DNA of 63,800 bases, filler included. It is 3 parts of 3 records of this genome, joined end to end, with 100 filler letters (N's around TTAATTAATTAA, not from the genome) between each part and the next. Parts side by side here need not be neighbours in the genome. Positions count along the whole stretch, not along the records: positions 57,888 to 63,800 come from SRR31156797_4057; 2 more parts are not named here. One strand, given 5' to 3'. Shown here piece by piece: positions 60,647-63,800 of the stretch (its first letter is position 1; the number at the start of each line of letters is the position of its first letter). The notes beneath the pieces were generated by a model. That model worked only from the letters and a program-made list of their open reading frames with translations, did not search any database and was not told the DNA's origin. A program made the translations under genes and the position numbers.

Positions 60647-62800
60647 TCAAGAATTATTATCAATTGCTAGCCTTGATGAGTTTGCCATAATACCTACAGT
60701 ATGGGCTATATGAATAAGTCCTGCACCCACTGGAGTAAGTGTTCCAAGAGCTGACATTCCAACTCCTATTAAGTTTGTACCTGTACCTAAGTAATAGTTC
60801 TGATTAACTACATTTAAACTCTTTTTACTTAAGTCATAAAGATTTACAACATCTTCAGGATGTGAGTGTGTAATTGCTACATCTGATACAGCTATTGCAG
60901 CTTCACTTCCACCTGCGGCAAAAGAGATTGCAACATCAGCTTTGCTCATTGCATAAGTATCATTTACTCCATCTCCAACCATCACAACACTTTTATACTT
61001 TTTCTTCAATTCATTTATTGCATCTGCTTTACCTTGTGGGGATTGGTTTGCGAATACAGAATCAAACCCAAAATCAAGAGCAAAACTATTTGCAACTTTT
61101 ACTTCATCTCCAGTCAAAAGAGCAATATGTTTAACACCTCTTTGTCTTAATTCTTCAATCATCTCTTTTGTTCCTGGTCTAACTTCATGAGTAAAAGCTA
61201 GTAAACCTAAAACTTCATCTTCAAGTGCAACTAAAACTACAGTTTTACCATTGTTTAGGTGTGTAGATATTTCGTGTTTATAATCTTTTGTTGAAACTTT
61301 GTATTTTGATAATAAAGCTTTATTTCCAATTAGAAGTCTTTTTCCATCAACTTTTGATTTTACTCCAAAGCCTGGAATTATTTCGCTTAATATATTTTGA
61401 TTAATGTCTATTTCTCTGTCGATTGCATTTTTTACAATTGAACTTGCAATTGGATGAGAGTTTCTATATTCTGCCATTGCAGCATAAGCTATAAGTTCAT
61501 CTTCGCTTATATTGCTAAACAATAAAATATCACTTATTACAGGTTTTCCTGTTGTAAGAGTTCCTGTTTTATCAAAACAAAACACTTCACTTTTCCCTAC
61601 ATTTTCTAAAGCTTCTCCACCTTTTATAAGAATACCTTGTTTTGCTCCATTTGATATTCCACCACTTATTGCAGTAGAGGCGGCTAAAACAGTTGCACAA
61701 GGACAAGACATTACAATCATTGTTGAAAATGCAGCTGTAAAAGAACCAGTTAAAAGAAAAGTTCCTGCAGTTAATAAAGTACCAAGTTTTAAAAGCTTAT
61801 TTGCTAATCTATCAGCTTCAACTTCACTTGGCGATTTTTGTAATAATGAAAACTCTACTTCTCTCATAGTTCTTGATATATAAGTATCGTTTCCTAAAGC
61901 TACAACTTTTATAAAAATTCTTCCTCTTTCACAAACTGTTCCTGCAAAAACTTCATCATCAACTTGTTTAAACTCTGGTTCACTTCTACCATTGATTAAA
62001 GCTTCATTTATCTCTGCACTTCCTTCAGTGATAACTCCATCTACAGGAATCTTTTCACCACTTCTGCTTACTACGATATCTCCATCTTTCAACTCTTCGA
62101 TATCAGTTTCTATCTCTACACCATCAACTAAAATATAAACTTTTTTGATGTCAAGTTCAACCAGACTTTGAATCTCTTCTCTTGATTTATTTGCAATATA
62201 TTCTTCAAGAAGCATTCCACCTCTTAAAATATATATAATCTCAAAAGCAGCAGTTGCTTCCCCAAATAAAATAGCCATAATCAAAGTACTACTCATAAAT
62301 GTATGTAAAGTAAACTTTTTTTGTTTTATATCTTCTAGTGATTCTTTTAATAAAGGAATAGCAGCTACAACTGAAACTATACCTACTAGACTGAATGGTG
62401 TTGCAGCAATAGTAAGACCTAAGATATTTTCACTTATAAAAAGATATACGGCATATCCACTTAATAATGCAAACTCAAAAAGTTTTCTTTTCCATGATTT
62501 TTCATCATGCTTTTTTATCTCACAACTACTACAACTTTGTTGTTCACAAAGCGCATTACTTGCAGGAACTGATAAAGTTATATTGAATAAATTTTTCATT
62601 TTGTCTACTATATCATCAAGTGTAACATTTAATGAATATGTGAAAATAATTGATTTACATGAGATGTTTTTTCTAAACGAGGTAAAAATATCCTCAAACT
62701 CTTTTTCTATAATCTCTAAATTACCAGTATTTGCAAATATTTCAGATTTTAATCTAACTCTGTTATTTGCTATACTTTTTACTATAATGTCATTGTTCAT
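60647..62800 (-). CDS. P1B-type heavy-metal ATPase (FezH-like second ferrosome ATPase)
   Basis: SCPCA, DKTGTLT, SHP, GDGVND, last-TM HIAHT; TGES replaced by NGRS. Confidence 0.9.
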   Translation of the reverse strand: MNNDIIVKSIANNRVRLKSEIFANTGNLEIIEKEFEDIFTSFRKNISCKSIIFTYSLNVTLDDIVDKMKNLFNITLSVPASNALCEQQSCSSCEIKKHDEKSWKRKLFEFALLSGYAVYLFISENILGLTIAATPFSLVGIVSVVAAIPLLKESLEDIKQKKFTLHTFMSSTLIMAILFGEATAAFEIIYILRGGMLLEEYIANKSREEIQSLVELDIKKVYILVDGVEIETDIEELKDGDIVVSRSGEKIPVDGVITEGSAEINEALINGRSEPEFKQVDDEVFAGTVCERGRIFIKVVALGNDTYISRTMREVEFSLLQKSPSEVEADRLANKLLKLGTLLTAGTFLLTGSFTAAFSTMIVMSCPCATVLAASTAISGGISNGAKQGILIKGGEALENVGKSEVFCFDKTGTLTTGKPVISDILLFSNISEDELIAYAAMAEYRNSHPIASSIVKNAIDREIDINQNILSEIIPGFGVKSKVDGKRLLIGNKALLSKYKVSTKDYKHEISTHLNNGKTVVLVALEDEVLGLLAFTHEVRPGTKEMIEELRQRGVKHIALLTGDEVKVANSFALDFGFDSVFANQSPQGKADAINELKKKYKSVVMVGDGVNDTYAMSKADVAISFAAGGSEAAIAVSDVAITHSHPEDVVNLYDLSKKSLNVVNQNYYLGTGTNLIGVGMSALGTLTPVGAGLIHIAHTVGIMANSSRLAIDNNS

Positions 62801-62948
62801 ATTAATCCTTAGAACTTCTCTATATTAAGTAAGATTAAATTTAAATCTTTCCAATTGTATCCCTATTTGGATTATACTTGCAAATTCTGTTCTTATATAA
62901 TTTTATAAAATTTCAAATCTTATTTAAATATAGTTATCTAGTCTAATT

Positions 62949-62965
62949 TTAATAATTAGTATCAT
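62949..62965. promoter_or_regulatory. Fur-box-like site upstream of the ATPase operon
   Basis: Minus strand ATGATACTAATTATTAA resembles TGATAATnATTATCA; AT-rich background lowers confidence. Confidence 0.45.
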
Positions 62966-63018
62966 AAAGTAAAGTTAAGTTGAAAATTTAGATTTTATTA
63001 GAAAAGAGTTTTTTATTA

Positions 63019-63049
63019 TTTAGGCTACAAAAGTAGCCTAAACTTTTTT
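63019..63049. terminator. Hairpin / intrinsic terminator
   Basis: Perfect stem TTTAGGCTAC-AAAA-GTAGCCTAAA; T run follows on the plus strand. Confidence 0.7.
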
Positions 63050-63212
63050 AATCAATAAGCTGTTTTGTAACTTTTACAATTCTATCTAGGTTTACACCTT
63101 TATTTCTCATCTTTACAATTCTTATTATTGAACATAAACACTCTTTTGGTTCATCTATATGTGCTTGTTCTATAACTCTATTTACTTCTGTTCTTAATCT
63201 ATAATCTGACAT
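63048..63212 (-). CDS. 54-aa hypothetical protein absent from ORF track
   Basis: MSDYRLRTEVNRVIEQAHIDEPKECLCSIIRIVKMRNKGVNLDRIVKVTKQLID*; AAGGGG RBS; Fur box upstream and hairpin downstream. Confidence 0.65.
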   Translation of the reverse strand: MSDYRLRTEVNRVIEQAHIDEPKECLCSIIRIVKMRNKGVNLDRIVKVTKQLID

Positions 63213-63229
63213 TTACTTCCCCTTGTTAG

Positions 63230-63250
63230 TTTTGATAATCATTCTCAAAA
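63230..63250. promoter_or_regulatory. Fur box
   Basis: TTTTGATAATCATTCTCAAAA, near-perfect palindrome matching the 7-1-7 Fur consensus. Confidence 0.75.
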
Positions 63251-63339
63251 TATTACACATAGAAAGCTTAAGAAAATATTAATTGATTCTTAATATCAAT
63301 ACTTCTATTTTTTATTAAGTTAAATTTAAAGAGTTATTT

Positions 63340-63419
63340 TTGATAACCATTATTAATATTAAGTTCTTGTTAAGGATTTTAGTATTACAATTCACCTACA
63401 TTTTGATATTAATTATTAA
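63340..63419. promoter_or_regulatory. Two further Fur-box-like sites upstream of imelysin
   Basis: TTGATAACCATTATTAA (63340-63356) and TTGATATTAATTATTAA (63403-63419). Confidence 0.55.
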
Positions 63420-63470
63420 AATAGCAATTATAATATCATTCTCTAACTTATTACACATAAAGGAAAACAT

Positions 63471-63800
63471 ATGAAGAAAACAAAATTAGTTGTAGCTTCA
63501 ATTAGTGTTGCAGCAGCACTAGCATTTAGTGGTTGTACTACTACAACAAGTAATACTGAACCAACAGTAAAAGTAGAAAATAAAACAGCAAATATTTTAG
63601 CATCTTATGCAAAAATTGCACAAACTAACTATAACGACGCTTTAGAAGATGCAAAAGCACTTCAAGTTGCAATTGATAAATTTGCATCAAATCCTACTGA
63701 AAAAACTTTAGAAGAAGCAAAAAATGCTTGGTTAGCTTCAAGAGAATCTTATGGACAAACTGAAATTTTCAGACTTTCAAATGGTCCAATTGATGCAGAA
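63471..63800 (+). CDS. Imelysin-family (IrpA-like) iron-regulated lipoprotein, truncated at window end; absent from ORF track
   Basis: AAGGA RBS; MKKTKLVVASISVAAALAFSGC lipobox; YAKIA...Y.DAL...AKNAWLASRESYGQTEIFRL.NGPID. Confidence 0.85.
   Translation, partial: MKKTKLVVASISVAAALAFSGCTTTTSNTEPTVKVENKTANILASYAKIAQTNYNDALEDAKALQVAIDKFASNPTEKTLEEAKNAWLASRESYGQTEIFRLSNGPIDAE

Noticed and set aside
57888-62800. Magnetosome island or ordinary Cu/Zn/Cd resistance operon
   Set aside because: No core mam genes and no MerR/ArsR/CsoR regulator; Fur boxes, the ferritin-like protein and GxxxG proteins fit a ferrosome-type cluster better
1-63800. rRNA, tRNA, CRISPR arrays, prophage genes
   Set aside because: None recognised by eye; not excluded by computation

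Overview
The window is three unrelated contigs joined by 100-nt N spacers carrying a TTAATTAATTAA linker (29456-29555 and 57788-57887), so nothing should be linked across the gaps. Taxonomic calls are inferences from composition and gene families. Contig 1 (1-29455, AT-rich, Clostridia-like) is a minus-strand run: a complete agr quorum-sensing locus (agrA, agrC, agrB, agrD) leads directly into a hybrid trans-AT PKS/NRPS lipopeptide cluster. That cluster has two fatty-acyl activation systems, a PPTase, a PhpK-like radical SAM enzyme, a Cys heterocyclization module, an Asn module, two thioesterases, two exporters and an embedded bactofilin. It is cut at the left edge and ends at an IS6 terminus. 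Contig 2 (29556-57787, GC-rich, Spirochaetaceae-like) has a two-kinase/one-regulator locus around a solitary ECF S component, a galactofuranose/PAPS/Wzm-Wzt sulfated-glycan locus with an AT-rich cassette, an ABC + LolA-like + lamin-tail + beta-barrel operon and a YtrA-type GntR. Contig 3 (57888-63800, AT-rich, Arcobacter/Campylobacterota-like) is a Fur-box-preceded, ferrosome (fez)-like operon with two P1B ATPases, an HMA2-type protein, a membrane-tailed ferritin-like protein and four small GxxxG proteins, divergent from an imelysin lipoprotein. All family calls come from motif reading, not database searches.
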